Source: a virus
Reading direction: 5' to 3' (one strand)
Virus record (IMG/VR): IMGVR_UViG_3300036985_006490
Coordinates: 32,001 to 96,000 of that record
DNA: 64,000 nucleotides
Shown: piece after piece, positions 8,218 to 17,861 of the stretch
How positions within the stretch are numbered: position 1 is the first letter of the stretch
Layout of the letters: the number at the start of each line of letters is the position of its first letter
The notes under the pieces: generated by a model
Databases searched by the model: none
The model's input: only the letters and a program-made list of their open reading frames with translations
Told to the model about the DNA's origin: nothing
Translations under genes and position numbers: made by a program

Positions 8218-8502
8218 ATGAAATACATTATCTCCGAGAGTCGACTTGATGGTATTATGACAGAATATTTGAATTCATCCCTATTGAATAAGAATATTAT
8301 TGATAACCAAGCGGGTATCGCCGTGTATGACGATGAGGAGGATTATTTACAATATTTTCCGAGAAAAAGAGAACTGTTCATATTGGGTGAATTCTTGGAT
8401 GAGTTCGAAACTATGTTCGGTCTTAGTCGAAAGGAATCAGTTAGATTCATTACGAATTGGTTCGAAAATGAATTTTATGTGAAAGTTCACATGGCTGGGT
8501 AA
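8218..8502 (+). CDS. small phage protein, 'MKYIISE...WF' paralog family
   Basis: MKYIISESRL; MFGL...ITNWF; TATTTAT 8207-8213. Confidence 0.8.
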   Translation: MKYIISESRLDGIMTEYLNSSLLNKNIIDNQAGIAVYDDEEDYLQYFPRKRELFILGEFLDEFETMFGLSRKESVRFITNWFENEFYVKVHMAG

Positions 8503-8509
8503 TTGGTTT

Positions 8510-8851
8510 CTACCCAACATATTTTCTAGCACCACGTGTATATAAATCCACAAACTTCTCAAACAACTTCTTATCATTTTTGATTAAATTACGAAGTCCG
8601 TCTTCTAATTCTTTCATTTGTGGAACATGGGTATCAGCATAGTCCATAGGTATTACACTTACAACCCCCGAGTATATTGCTCTATCTAAGTATGTATCGA
8701 AGTCGGGCACGGAATATGGTATGTACCAATCTGCGGCTTGAATAACTGCATTGATGAGTTCGGGCAATCTTCTTTTAAGGTATGGATTTACGTTACCTTC
8801 ATTAATCCCCATCACTTCTTTAATTCTATCTATGTCTTCTTGTAAATTCAT
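8510..8851 (-). CDS. phage protein, 'MNLxEDIxRIKEVMGINE' family
   Basis: shared 18-aa N-terminus with the next two genes. Confidence 0.75.
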   Translation of the reverse strand: MNLQEDIDRIKEVMGINEGNVNPYLKRRLPELINAVIQAADWYIPYSVPDFDTYLDRAIYSGVVSVIPMDYADTHVPQMKELEDGLRNLIKNDKKLFEKFVDLYTRGARKYVG

Positions 8852-8855
8852 TTGG

Positions 8856-9488
8856 TTATATGTTGGAGATATAGTGGTCATAAATCTCATCGTGTATCGA
8901 ATGTTTCTTGATTAAATCCAATATCATTGGCTCTAACTCCTCACGAATGTTTAACTGATCCTCGTATTCCCCTCCTATTTCATCGTGAACGAAATCTCTT
9001 GTTGCCATGAATACAACCCTTTTTAGAAAATGGTCAAAGTCTCTGAATCTACGTGGAGATAACCAATCATATGAATGTTCAATATAATCAATTAAAGCAT
9101 CCATTCTTCTTTTAACAAGAAGTAGTTCTTTAGATTCATTAATCCCCTCGCTTGTATCAGACTTTTGCGAATAGTAGTTTTCTTTGATTTTTCTAAATAA
9201 TCTTTTATCATTACGTAATAATTGAAGAGCAAGTGGGAGTAACTCATCTATTTCTTCAGAAGTCACGAGAGTATTATTATATTCAAAGAAACCATCTATT
9301 GAATGCCTTAAAATTAACTTAAGATATTCTTCAAAACTATCCATTTCTTCTATAAATTCATCCATCCATTCGAAAGAATTAAGGAGAACATCAAGAAATT
9401 CATTTTGTCTTCTCTTGAAGAAAGTATCACGACTTTCGTTAATCCCCATGACTTCCTTAATCCTGTTTATGTCTTCACTCAAATTCAT
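8856..9488 (-). CDS. phage protein, 'MNLxEDI' family, two tandem domains
   Basis: GINES...KRR occurs twice. Confidence 0.8.
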   Translation of the reverse strand: MNLSEDINRIKEVMGINESRDTFFKRRQNEFLDVLLNSFEWMDEFIEEMDSFEEYLKLILRHSIDGFFEYNNTLVTSEEIDELLPLALQLLRNDKRLFRKIKENYYSQKSDTSEGINESKELLLVKRRMDALIDYIEHSYDWLSPRRFRDFDHFLKRVVFMATRDFVHDEIGGEYEDQLNIREELEPMILDLIKKHSIHDEIYDHYISNI

Positions 9489-9492
9489 ATTG

Positions 9493-9538
9493 ATAAATAT
9501 AAAGGAAATGAAAAACCCCTACTTTTTGGGTGAGGGTT
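9493..9538 (-). terminator. terminator hairpin + TATTTAT promoter module
   Basis: ataaata..ggaaatgaaaaacccctactttttgggtgagggtt. Confidence 0.7.
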
Positions 9539-9544
9539 AATTTG

Positions 9545-10228
9545 TTATTCATAATTTCTCATATTTTCAAACAGACCTGGCGGTTTTTCAATTATATTCA
9601 TTCTGTAACTTGGTATTCTATAAACAATTACCATGAATGCTTTTGCTTGGTCTTCAGTTATTTCACCTTTTTCTAATAACTCCAATATTGCCATGACTCT
9701 GTGCCATCCTTCTTGAAGGTATAGTTTGTTGTTCACAGATTCAAAAACCAATGGTTCATTTTCAGGTGTAACAACTGTAGTGTCATAACCATTCTCCCTT
9801 ATTTTATTCAATTGAAATTCTAATCTTTTTTGGAATGTTGGAGTATTCTTTTTCATTTGAAACCAACTTTGAGTTCTATCCGCAAACTGACTCGGATTAA
9901 TTGTTTTTACACCAATAGTGATATTCCTCGTATCTCTATTTTCAACTTTCGCCATCTGCTCAAGTGTAAAAGTATATGGTTGACCAAAATTTAATCTCAT
10001 TGGATCTTGTGGAATGAACGAACCATTTGGCATTAACGGAAACAACCATTCTCTAACCGCGCTTACAGGAAATTTTTTCGGTTCCCCTGTAAAACATGAA
10101 AACATAGATGCCAATTCATCTCTCCCAAATTTATCACCATTGCGATATGTTTTTGGTAAACAATTTTTTGAAGATTCATTAATCCCCATTACTTGTTTAA
10201 TCCTTTCTATGTCTTCACGTAAATTCAT
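9545..10228 (-). CDS. 'MNLxEDI' family protein with C-terminal ParB/Srx-like domain
   Basis: PLVFE...LYLQEGWHRVMA resembles the ParB GxHR motif. Confidence 0.6.
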   Translation of the reverse strand: MNLREDIERIKQVMGINESSKNCLPKTYRNGDKFGRDELASMFSCFTGEPKKFPVSAVREWLFPLMPNGSFIPQDPMRLNFGQPYTFTLEQMAKVENRDTRNITIGVKTINPSQFADRTQSWFQMKKNTPTFQKRLEFQLNKIRENGYDTTVVTPENEPLVFESVNNKLYLQEGWHRVMAILELLEKGEITEDQAKAFMVIVYRIPSYRMNIIEKPPGLFENMRNYE

Positions 10229-10232
10229 AATG

Positions 10233-10278
10233 ATAAATATATTGGAAATGAAAAACCCCCACCTTTTGAGTGAGGGTT
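10233..10278 (-). terminator. terminator hairpin + TATTTAT promoter module
   Basis: ataaata..ggaaatgaaaaacccccaccttttgagtgagggtt. Confidence 0.7.
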
Positions 10279-10284
10279 TGTCTA

Positions 10285-10893
10285 TTAGTTATTTTTCTTA
10301 ATATCATTGATTAAATTTACAGGAATGATTGTTCCTACTGAGTATGTTGACCCTACAGGTGCTTGTGTTACAGATGTTTCACCTGGACGAGCTCTAAGTG
10401 CTTTTCTCATTGGAAATGCTAACTCATTAAGTGGGCCATAACATTCTGCGATTGTTACACCATTAACTTTATTTGGTAATATATTACATGGCATACACCA
10501 CATATTACTCATTCCACCCTCAGGACCTTTTGCTACAATAAATGTTCTGCTCACCGTTGGTAAGTTCTTCCAAGTTGGTGCTTGAGGAACACTATCATAA
10601 TACCAAAAATAAGACCATACAGTCTTATCTGTACCGTCAGGTGTAACTGAAGGATTAGGAACCAAGATTGTATTTGCAACTGAAGGACCATCCATTACAG
10701 GACAAACGGAAACACCTTCGAAGAACTTTCTGCCTTCTATGGTTATTACCTTTCCCGTTGGTTTTGCTGATGATGCTCCACAGAATGCAAACTTTCCTAC
10801 AACAATTGTTAATGCTTTGTCTTTGTGTTGTCTTTGGGCAAATACTGTTGTTGCTAACCCCAATACCGCCAATAGTAATAATAATTTTTTCAT
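10285..10893 (-). CDS. secreted Cys-rich protein
   Basis: signal peptide MKKLLLLLAVLGLATTVFA; several Cys. Confidence 0.75.
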   Translation of the reverse strand: MKKLLLLLAVLGLATTVFAQRQHKDKALTIVVGKFAFCGASSAKPTGKVITIEGRKFFEGVSVCPVMDGPSVANTILVPNPSVTPDGTDKTVWSYFWYYDSVPQAPTWKNLPTVSRTFIVAKGPEGGMSNMWCMPCNILPNKVNGVTIAECYGPLNELAFPMRKALRARPGETSVTQAPVGSTYSVGTIIPVNLINDIKKNN

Positions 10894-10907
10894 AGTTTTG
10901 TTTTATT

Positions 10908-10953
10908 ATAAATAGTTTTGAAATGAAAAACCCCCACCGTTTGGGTGAGGGTT
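10908..10953 (-). terminator. terminator hairpin + TATTTAT promoter module
   Basis: ataaata..gaaatgaaaaacccccaccgtttgggtgagggtt. Confidence 0.7.
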
Positions 10954-10959
10954 TCATTA

Positions 10960-11826
10960 TTATAATTGACTTTCTGCCGTGACTTTGACGTTTAATAACT
11001 TCCATCCCGCATCACATAGTTGGTCACTGTAACAATTTCCCGTGAACCACGGAGTTGATGACGGTCCTTTAGGTGAATATCCTTCCCAATATGATGGTGT
11101 TATCCACCATCCTTTTTCCATACTTGATTTTAGTGTGGACATATCTACTGTTGTACCATCCGCTCCACCATCTGCTAATACATCATATATTACAGCACTC
11201 ATTCCGTTTTGTGAAACAGATACTGTCATATTAGTATAATCAGAGTTGAACTCTATTATCATATCAAATGGTTTATCAATATCTAATACATCAACCAAAT
11301 TATGTGTACCTTTAGATGAATCGTTTGACAAATTTGCCTGAGTATAACAATTATCATCTAATATCCCATCAGTATATGAATATTCATATCTTTGGGTATT
11401 GTTCAAATGAATAGTTTGTTGAAAGATTCTATTACCATTTGTTTCCAAGAAATCAATTTCATTACAATAAGGTGATCCAGCGTTTCCCGCGTCACAATAG
11501 TTAGTTCCTTTAGGTTGAACTGAATTGTTAACCATGTAGAAAGAAGCATTTAACCAATTGTTTTTTTGTACACTGTTTGGTTCTAAACCTGATAAATCAA
11601 TTGTCGCAGTGATTTTGGATATGTTCTTATATCCATGAGTTGAGACAACCCGACCTGGATTAAATGTAACACTTGAATCTGTAATAACAGGATCGAGTGT
11701 TGGATTACACCAATCACTAACCCAATCTTCTTCAAATGTAACATCATACGTTGTATTCGTGACGGTTTTTGGTTGACATCCGAATACCAATAATGTCATT
11801 AAACCAAGGATAAATAATTTTTTCAT
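10960..11826 (-). CDS. lipoprotein with clan GH-B glycoside hydrolase domain (GH7/GH16-like)
   Basis: lipobox VFGC; YCDA...CNEIDFLETN catalytic ExDxxE. Confidence 0.7.
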   Translation of the reverse strand: MKKLFILGLMTLLVFGCQPKTVTNTTYDVTFEEDWVSDWCNPTLDPVITDSSVTFNPGRVVSTHGYKNISKITATIDLSGLEPNSVQKNNWLNASFYMVNNSVQPKGTNYCDAGNAGSPYCNEIDFLETNGNRIFQQTIHLNNTQRYEYSYTDGILDDNCYTQANLSNDSSKGTHNLVDVLDIDKPFDMIIEFNSDYTNMTVSVSQNGMSAVIYDVLADGGADGTTVDMSTLKSSMEKGWWITPSYWEGYSPKGPSSTPWFTGNCYSDQLCDAGWKLLNVKVTAESQL

Positions 11827-11915
11827 AGTTTTGTTTTATAATAAATAGTTTTGAATTAGGACGGTGAACTAAAACTACAACCAAAAATATATAAATTATT
11901 TTTTATCGTAGAAAG

Positions 11916-12833
11916 TCAAATTAATTTCTTAATTTTATAATCATTACTGATTGAGTTAATTACATTTTTCGCAATTACTTCATGACAATATTTTGACGGA
12001 TGAATATCGCTCAAAGCATTTTCAGGTATCTTCCCCCCAAATCCCTCTTTATCATTTGCAATAACAAATCTTTCTTCGCAACTATTTTGTAAATCCCATA
12101 TCGTTTTATAGGTTTTACCCTCGTGTTCTAATAATATATGTCTGTCTTTATAGAAATCATCATCAAACACTACTGAGGATTCATTCATCCAAAACAATAC
12201 TTTAGTTTTTATACCGTTGGCCTCTAAGTATTTAAGATAATTTTTAATTTCATTATTAAAATGATTCATATGTAAATCAAGGTAGTCTTGAATAGTGTAA
12301 TTATTCTCATCTAACCATTTAAGAAAAATATCATCAATACCATTTTCAACATTTTCCTCCAAACCGTCCTCTAACATCTCACGAATAATAGACACATTAT
12401 TAAATTTAGGAGTGGGATACACAATATAATTTTTTCCCTTATATATAAACTTGAATCCAGATCTATATGGTTGTGTCATTTGAAAAATAACATATTCAAT
12501 ATCATCAAAATAATAATTTTCTTCACTTAACCAAGGACAACTTCTAATTAAAGGATTTGCGGTTTGCTGATATTTATCGAATATTTTTTTTAAAAACATT
12601 AAACTTGTTACATCACTGCCACCATTTGTTGCTTTACACACGTCGAAAGTATTAAAATGATTTGCAACTAGTCTTGGAAACCTAATTGTGTCCTTAAATT
12701 TAATTAACGCATCCGTCATTAAACTGTAGTCATACACCCAATCATCAAATTTAGGAGTGTGATTAAGGTCGGAGTAAAAATATAACCCTTGACCCCAAGT
12801 AAAGGAACAACCCGCAAAAACTAATCCTTTCAT
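11916..12833 (-). CDS. SGNH-hydrolase-like protein
   Basis: FAGCSFTWG at N-terminus, SDIHP at C-terminus. Confidence 0.6.
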   Translation of the reverse strand: MKGLVFAGCSFTWGQGLYFYSDLNHTPKFDDWVYDYSLMTDALIKFKDTIRFPRLVANHFNTFDVCKATNGGSDVTSLMFLKKIFDKYQQTANPLIRSCPWLSEENYYFDDIEYVIFQMTQPYRSGFKFIYKGKNYIVYPTPKFNNVSIIREMLEDGLEENVENGIDDIFLKWLDENNYTIQDYLDLHMNHFNNEIKNYLKYLEANGIKTKVLFWMNESSVVFDDDFYKDRHILLEHEGKTYKTIWDLQNSCEERFVIANDKEGFGGKIPENALSDIHPSKYCHEVIAKNVINSISNDYKIKKLI

Positions 12834-13600
12834 TATATAAATTTATTTTTTTTACTAAAATCGACAAAATGTCTGTTATTTGTTTTTTTTAAATCAATTA
12901 TTTTTTTTGGAATACTATTTTCCCAATTTTCACAGATTAAATCCATTTCTTTTACGTAATATTTTTTCATGTTTTGTTTAACCCATTCTAAATATGTTGA
13001 AGTTGGTGGGTGACCGTCAATTTTGTTTGGTAAATCATCAAAATAATAATGTTGATTTTTTTTAGTATGAAATTCAACGAAACTTTCCCCTATAATCATT
13101 TTATTTATTATGTCCAAACAAATATCCACTTTTGAATTTGGGTTATTTGGTTTTTCATATTCTCTTGCACCATCAATTTGATTGAAATTAAAAGATTTCA
13201 TTAATTGATACTCACAACCTATTGAATCTAAGAGTTGTTTTGCCGATGTTATCGAAAACCAACTATTATATAAACCAAATTCTTCACTCCATTTATTAAA
13301 AACAAAATCTCCATATAAACTATGACTCTCACCATATATACTACCATTAGTTTCAAAATCAGAATTTTGATTTATATAATCAAATCTATCTATGGATGAA
13401 AACATAATCAAAACCACATCGTCTTTAGTAATCTTATTCATAGAGTGACACTCATATAGGCCACTTGATATGAAAAAATTACCAGCACCTGGCTTACCCC
13501 AATTTTGAAATTCTTCAAATTGGGTTCCAATAATATCAGCCCACGTTTGCCATTTATAATTTGTAAAACTACAACCAAAAGTAAAAAGTCTGCCCTTCAT
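12833..13600 (-). CDS. SGNH-hydrolase-like protein
   Basis: FGCSFT, GAGN, DGHP. Confidence 0.6.
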   Translation of the reverse strand: MKGRLFTFGCSFTNYKWQTWADIIGTQFEEFQNWGKPGAGNFFISSGLYECHSMNKITKDDVVLIMFSSIDRFDYINQNSDFETNGSIYGESHSLYGDFVFNKWSEEFGLYNSWFSITSAKQLLDSIGCEYQLMKSFNFNQIDGAREYEKPNNPNSKVDICLDIINKMIIGESFVEFHTKKNQHYYFDDLPNKIDGHPPTSTYLEWVKQNMKKYYVKEMDLICENWENSIPKKIIDLKKTNNRHFVDFSKKNKFI

Positions 13601-13608
13601 ATTTAAAA

Positions 13609-14724
13609 TTAAACTCTATTTGAATATTTTTTATAAAACTCTACATATGGGTTGAATTCATCATTTTCACAATTTTCCCATATCTTGAGCGCAAGATTCT
13701 TATTGTATTCTAACTTAAGTTCGATTTTTTTGTATAAATCGTAATAATTTTTTTCTTTCAAATTATTTAAGTTTTCAATTATTCCTGATATTCTATCGTT
13801 GATATTATCTTTTGAATCAAATTCATAATCAAATATTTCATCATATAATTCAAATCCATATTTGGTAATTTCCTTATTTTGATTTTTTGCCCCAAAACAA
13901 AGAAATGGATGTTTTAACAGAATTGGACGATAAGTTTTTTCGGTTACAAACGGTATATACATAGAAGTTTCACCAACTAAAGACATAAAACAGTCTGGAT
14001 TTGTAATTATGTCAGTATATTCATCTGTGAATCCAAATTCTTTTATCCCATACCCATCTACATTCATGTGTTTTTCTTCCCAATATTTTAATTTATAAAC
14101 AAAATCATCATTTACTAATAAATCCGTTATTCCAGATTCAGCTATTGTTTGATTCCAAGAATTAATCCCGAATTCAAATAAATTATTATAATATAATTGG
14201 TCAATCATTAAACATCTATGATATCTCGACTTGTTGTTAAGGTTTAAATACAATTTACTAAAACTATTTTTTACTGATAAATCTTTGATATTTAATAGTC
14301 CTTTTAATCCTCTCGGGCCAAGGCAAAAATCTTCTAAACCGTTATATGTATGCGATATTAAATAAGTTGGCCAATATAAAATTTTGAAATTCTTTATTGA
14401 ATTTTCAAACGGTTTATATAATTCAGGGTAATGGCCACCAAGTACTAAATAAAAATTACAATTATTTTGTAGTAATATATTTTCTAATTCAAAAAATTCA
14501 GGATGAATGGCGAAACCTGTATTCAAAGTGTAACATCGAGTCAACCACTCCACCTGCATCTCTGTTGGATAATTATAAATTATACATTCTGGTTTCTTTT
14601 CAAGAACTAAATCAATTATTGGCCTTAATGTTAAATCAGAATGATTTATTGATCTATCAATAAACAAACATTTATCATTGTTGTGATGATGGTAAAAATA
14701 CCCTAAATAATCTTTTGCTAGCAT
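13609..14724 (-). CDS. glycosyltransferase-like protein (GT10-like C-terminus)
   Basis: HR, SLVGET...TEKTYRPI, GFELYDEIFDYEFD. Confidence 0.5.
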   Translation of the reverse strand: MLAKDYLGYFYHHHNNDKCLFIDRSINHSDLTLRPIIDLVLEKKPECIIYNYPTEMQVEWLTRCYTLNTGFAIHPEFFELENILLQNNCNFYLVLGGHYPELYKPFENSIKNFKILYWPTYLISHTYNGLEDFCLGPRGLKGLLNIKDLSVKNSFSKLYLNLNNKSRYHRCLMIDQLYYNNLFEFGINSWNQTIAESGITDLLVNDDFVYKLKYWEEKHMNVDGYGIKEFGFTDEYTDIITNPDCFMSLVGETSMYIPFVTEKTYRPILLKHPFLCFGAKNQNKEITKYGFELYDEIFDYEFDSKDNINDRISGIIENLNNLKEKNYYDLYKKIELKLEYNKNLALKIWENCENDEFNPYVEFYKKYSNRV

Positions 14725-14733
14725 CCCTTTTTG

Positions 14734-15720
14734 TTATTTTATTAATAAATCAATCAAAATATCCATCATCATATCTCTATTTTTATTTTTGAATTCGAAA
14801 AAATGTTCTTTATGTTTATGAAAAAGTTCACGAATCTCTGTAGAAATATAATAATCATTTTTCAATATAGAAATCGCATTATCTTTATTATATTTTATTT
14901 TTTCTTTAACTAAATCATACAGTTCTTCAGGTTTCCGAGTTTTTAACTTATTAAGATTTTTAATTATACCGTCAATTCTATTTTCTATTAATAGATCAGA
15001 ATCAAACTCATAATCGAATATTTCATCATATAGTTCAAAACCATATTTTTTTAAATAAAGATTTTGATTTGGAAATCCATAACATAAAAATGCCTGTTCA
15101 CCTAAAATTGGTTTAAATGTTTTCTCACTAAAAAATAATCTTTCTGAATTAGATTCGGAAACCAAGTTTAAAAAACATTTAGAGTCAAAATAAAAGTCTT
15201 CATCATATCCATTTATTTCCATTCTGGTTTCTTTCCAATGCTCGAAAATATGATTATTTAAAATTGTATCAACTTGTCTCCAAGATATTTTTCCATAGGG
15301 AAATAAATCATTTTTAAAAAGTGAGTCGATTAATTTCGATCTATGTGTGTGTGATCTTCTGTTTAAACATATAAATAAGTTCTCGAATTCATCATTAGAG
15401 TTTATATTTTTTATGCATCTGTCAGTATAATGTAACAATGATGTTGGCCATCCTAAAATTTTGATATTATTACTTCGGTCGTTATCATAAAAATTTTGCT
15501 CAAATGGTGAACCAAATAACGCAAAAAAAGTTACGTTTTTTTCATTTATTAACGTTATCAGTTTATTGAAACTCTCACCACTATCATTGAAACGTCCGTC
15601 GCCAGGAAAATAATGTTCCATTGGTGACCAAAAAAGAAATTCATCAATTAAATCTCTTTCAATGTCACTAATTATTTCATTCAATACTATTTTACTCGGC
15701 GCATAAATTTTAAAACTCAT
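14734..15720 (-). CDS. glycosyltransferase-like protein, paralog of adjacent gene
   Basis: NLVSES...SEKTFKPI, identical GFELYDEIFDYEFD. Confidence 0.5.
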   Translation of the reverse strand: MSFKIYAPSKIVLNEIISDIERDLIDEFLFWSPMEHYFPGDGRFNDSGESFNKLITLINEKNVTFFALFGSPFEQNFYDNDRSNNIKILGWPTSLLHYTDRCIKNINSNDEFENLFICLNRRSHTHRSKLIDSLFKNDLFPYGKISWRQVDTILNNHIFEHWKETRMEINGYDEDFYFDSKCFLNLVSESNSERLFFSEKTFKPILGEQAFLCYGFPNQNLYLKKYGFELYDEIFDYEFDSDLLIENRIDGIIKNLNKLKTRKPEELYDLVKEKIKYNKDNAISILKNDYYISTEIRELFHKHKEHFFEFKNKNRDMMMDILIDLLIK

Positions 15721-15765
15721 TATTTATATCTTCTTGTAGATTTATTTTAATAAATATCTGCATAA

Positions 15766-15793
15766 TAAAACCCCCCACCTTTTGGGTGAGGGT
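15766..15793 (-). terminator. repeated terminator hairpin
   Basis: aaaaccccccaccttttgggtgagggt. Confidence 0.65.
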
Positions 15794-15798
15794 CTTAA

Positions 15799-16137
15799 TT
15801 AAAATACTCTTAGAAAATGTCCCAAGAGACCCGTTACTCCAATCATAATTGGAATGTAGGTTTTTGCTCCACCCATTAATGACAAGTGCATTACGACCGC
15901 AGCACTCATGAATGATGCGATTAGAATTGCTCCGAATAATGATGTGGTTGGAATCAATAGTAATACAACTCCTAATAATTCACCTAATCCTGTGACAACT
16001 CTATACTTCTCTATCTTCATAAATGCGAAGTTTCCCACCATTTCTTGTGTTCCGATAAGTTTATCGATTGCACCTTTTCCTAAAAATAGTGCTGTGATTA
16101 CGGATAGTGTCCATCCGATAATTTGTAGTAGTTCCAT
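15799..16137 (-). CDS. DoxX-like membrane protein
   Basis: four TM segments; GLGELLGVVLLLIP...GAILIASFMSAAVVMHL. Confidence 0.75.
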   Translation of the reverse strand: MELLQIIGWTLSVITALFLGKGAIDKLIGTQEMVGNFAFMKIEKYRVVTGLGELLGVVLLLIPTTSLFGAILIASFMSAAVVMHLSLMGGAKTYIPIMIGVTGLLGHFLRVF

Positions 16138-16142
16138 AATTT

Positions 16143-16397
16143 TTATTTTTTATATTTTTCTTCTAATTTTTTTAATTCTTCTTCATTCAAATCTTGTTCA
16201 TCATCTAATGAATATTCAATGTCATATGAATCAGTATAAACATTTTCATCATCGTGGTGATAGATATCATCACATTCTCCATCAGGACAATTTTCAACTA
16301 ATTCTAATGCATCATCGTAATTTTCAGCCAAAACACTATATGTCCACGCGTGAACAAATGTTCTTTCCGCAATAATTGTAAACTTTTTCTTTCCCAT
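16143..16397 (-). CDS. acidic hypothetical protein
   Basis: ORF with TATATTTG upstream (16425-16432). Confidence 0.65.
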   Translation of the reverse strand: MGKKKFTIIAERTFVHAWTYSVLAENYDDALELVENCPDGECDDIYHHDDENVYTDSYDIEYSLDDEQDLNEEELKKLEEKYKK

Positions 16398-16482
16398 ATT
16401 ATTATTTTTATTTTAGATGTAATCCAAATATAAGAAAAAATATTAAATAAAAAAACCCCACCGTTATAATAAGGTTAATTAT

Positions 16483-17361
16483 TTACCAAGCTTTGCATGA
16501 CCAATATCTCGGACGGTCTTTAGGACCTGGATTTTCACAATGGTGTCTAGCCCTAAATGATTTACGACGTGACGGAATATTTTTTTTAATTCTCATATTT
16601 GGGTCACCAAAATTAACTTTTACAATGTTTCCTTTATCGTTTTTAACATATACTGAACGTTTTTTAGGGCCTTTTGGGGTTAAAAATGGTTTATTAAGAG
16701 TAACTTTTCTTCCTTGATATTCCGCTTCAGTTAATAAGTCTCCAACAACAAAGTTTGTCTCTTCGACTGACCCATATTCATCTTCATACAAAGTTTCATT
16801 TTTGGGTTCGATACCATTTTTCTTCATGTTGATAGTAATGGCATCCTGTTGTGCCGGATTTATCGCTTCATCTGTCTCTCCCACCGATTCTTTTTTAACA
16901 CAGTTTGGATATCTTTTTCCAAACATAGTTTTCATACCTTTTTGTGTGTAACCCTTCCAACATCTTTCTGTGATTTCACCCTCTTTCATCTCCTCAGTTT
17001 TCTTTTTTGATTTTTCTTTTTGAGTTTCGATATACTCAAAAGCCGTTTTCAATCTTTCTTTAACTTCAGGGTCTTTTGCTCTTTCTAAAGCTACCCTCAA
17101 TCTTTGATGAATTAAGTTAATAATTTGTGATTGTCTTTGATGTGATTTTGATTTAAAACTATCCTTATTTAACGTATCGATAATATCTTGTTTAGTCCTG
17201 AACTTTACAGATACAGTATCTTTAGGATTTTCATCAGTATATAATCTCCTTTCTGAATCTTTTGGTTTTTTTCCAGTACCAACTTTTGGGTCAGACTCAT
17301 TAATCACTTTTTTAACTATTGTTAAAAGTTCTAATTCAGTTAATTTAATTATTTTTTTCAT
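16483..17361 (-). CDS. multi-module phage protein with LTE tag
   Basis: MKKIIKLTELEL; modules LYTDENP, CWKGY..PNCVK, AEYQGRKV...FRARHHC..RYWSCKAW. Confidence 0.75.
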   Translation of the reverse strand: MKKIIKLTELELLTIVKKVINESDPKVGTGKKPKDSERRLYTDENPKDTVSVKFRTKQDIIDTLNKDSFKSKSHQRQSQIINLIHQRLRVALERAKDPEVKERLKTAFEYIETQKEKSKKKTEEMKEGEITERCWKGYTQKGMKTMFGKRYPNCVKKESVGETDEAINPAQQDAITINMKKNGIEPKNETLYEDEYGSVEETNFVVGDLLTEAEYQGRKVTLNKPFLTPKGPKKRSVYVKNDKGNIVKVNFGDPNMRIKKNIPSRRKSFRARHHCENPGPKDRPRYWSCKAW

Positions 17362-17365
17362 AATA

Positions 17366-17824
17366 TTATCTGTTATATGGCCTAAATCTCATGGGAGTGG
17401 ACTTTATTGCAGATTTAGGGAATCTTAATCCAACACCCTGTTGTCTTGCGTTTTTTAATGTTCTTGAGTATTCTGATAATTCTTCATCAGAGGAATCTAC
17501 GTTTTTACAACCTCTAACGTACTTTCTTTTCAGATTTGGCTGTATATCAAAATGACTATCCAACAACATATAAATGTCATTCATAATATCCTCTTGCACT
17601 GAAGAACCTCCAAAAGCATTCGCCATTACTTGAAACGGATCGATATCGAAAGTCACAGTAACTAAATAACTTTTGTATTCACCAGCCTCTATTACATCGA
17701 TATCAACATCACAGATTTCTTTTTCGTACTGACGAACAATAATTCCGTTAATCAGTTTTCTAATCAATGGAGTTAAATCTTTTCGAGTTTCTTCGTGTAA
17801 TATTTTTCTAATAAGGTCTCTCAT
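17366..17824 (-). CDS. phage protein with MRDLIRKILHEE tag
   Basis: start moved to 17824; TATTTAT at 17830. Confidence 0.7.
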   Translation of the reverse strand: MRDLIRKILHEETRKDLTPLIRKLINGIIVRQYEKEICDVDIDVIEAGEYKSYLVTVTFDIDPFQVMANAFGGSSVQEDIMNDIYMLLDSHFDIQPNLKRKYVRGCKNVDSSDEELSEYSRTLKNARQQGVGLRFPKSAIKSTPMRFRPYNR

Positions 17825-17861
17825 TGTATATAAATACCACAAGAATGAATTACTTCCGATA

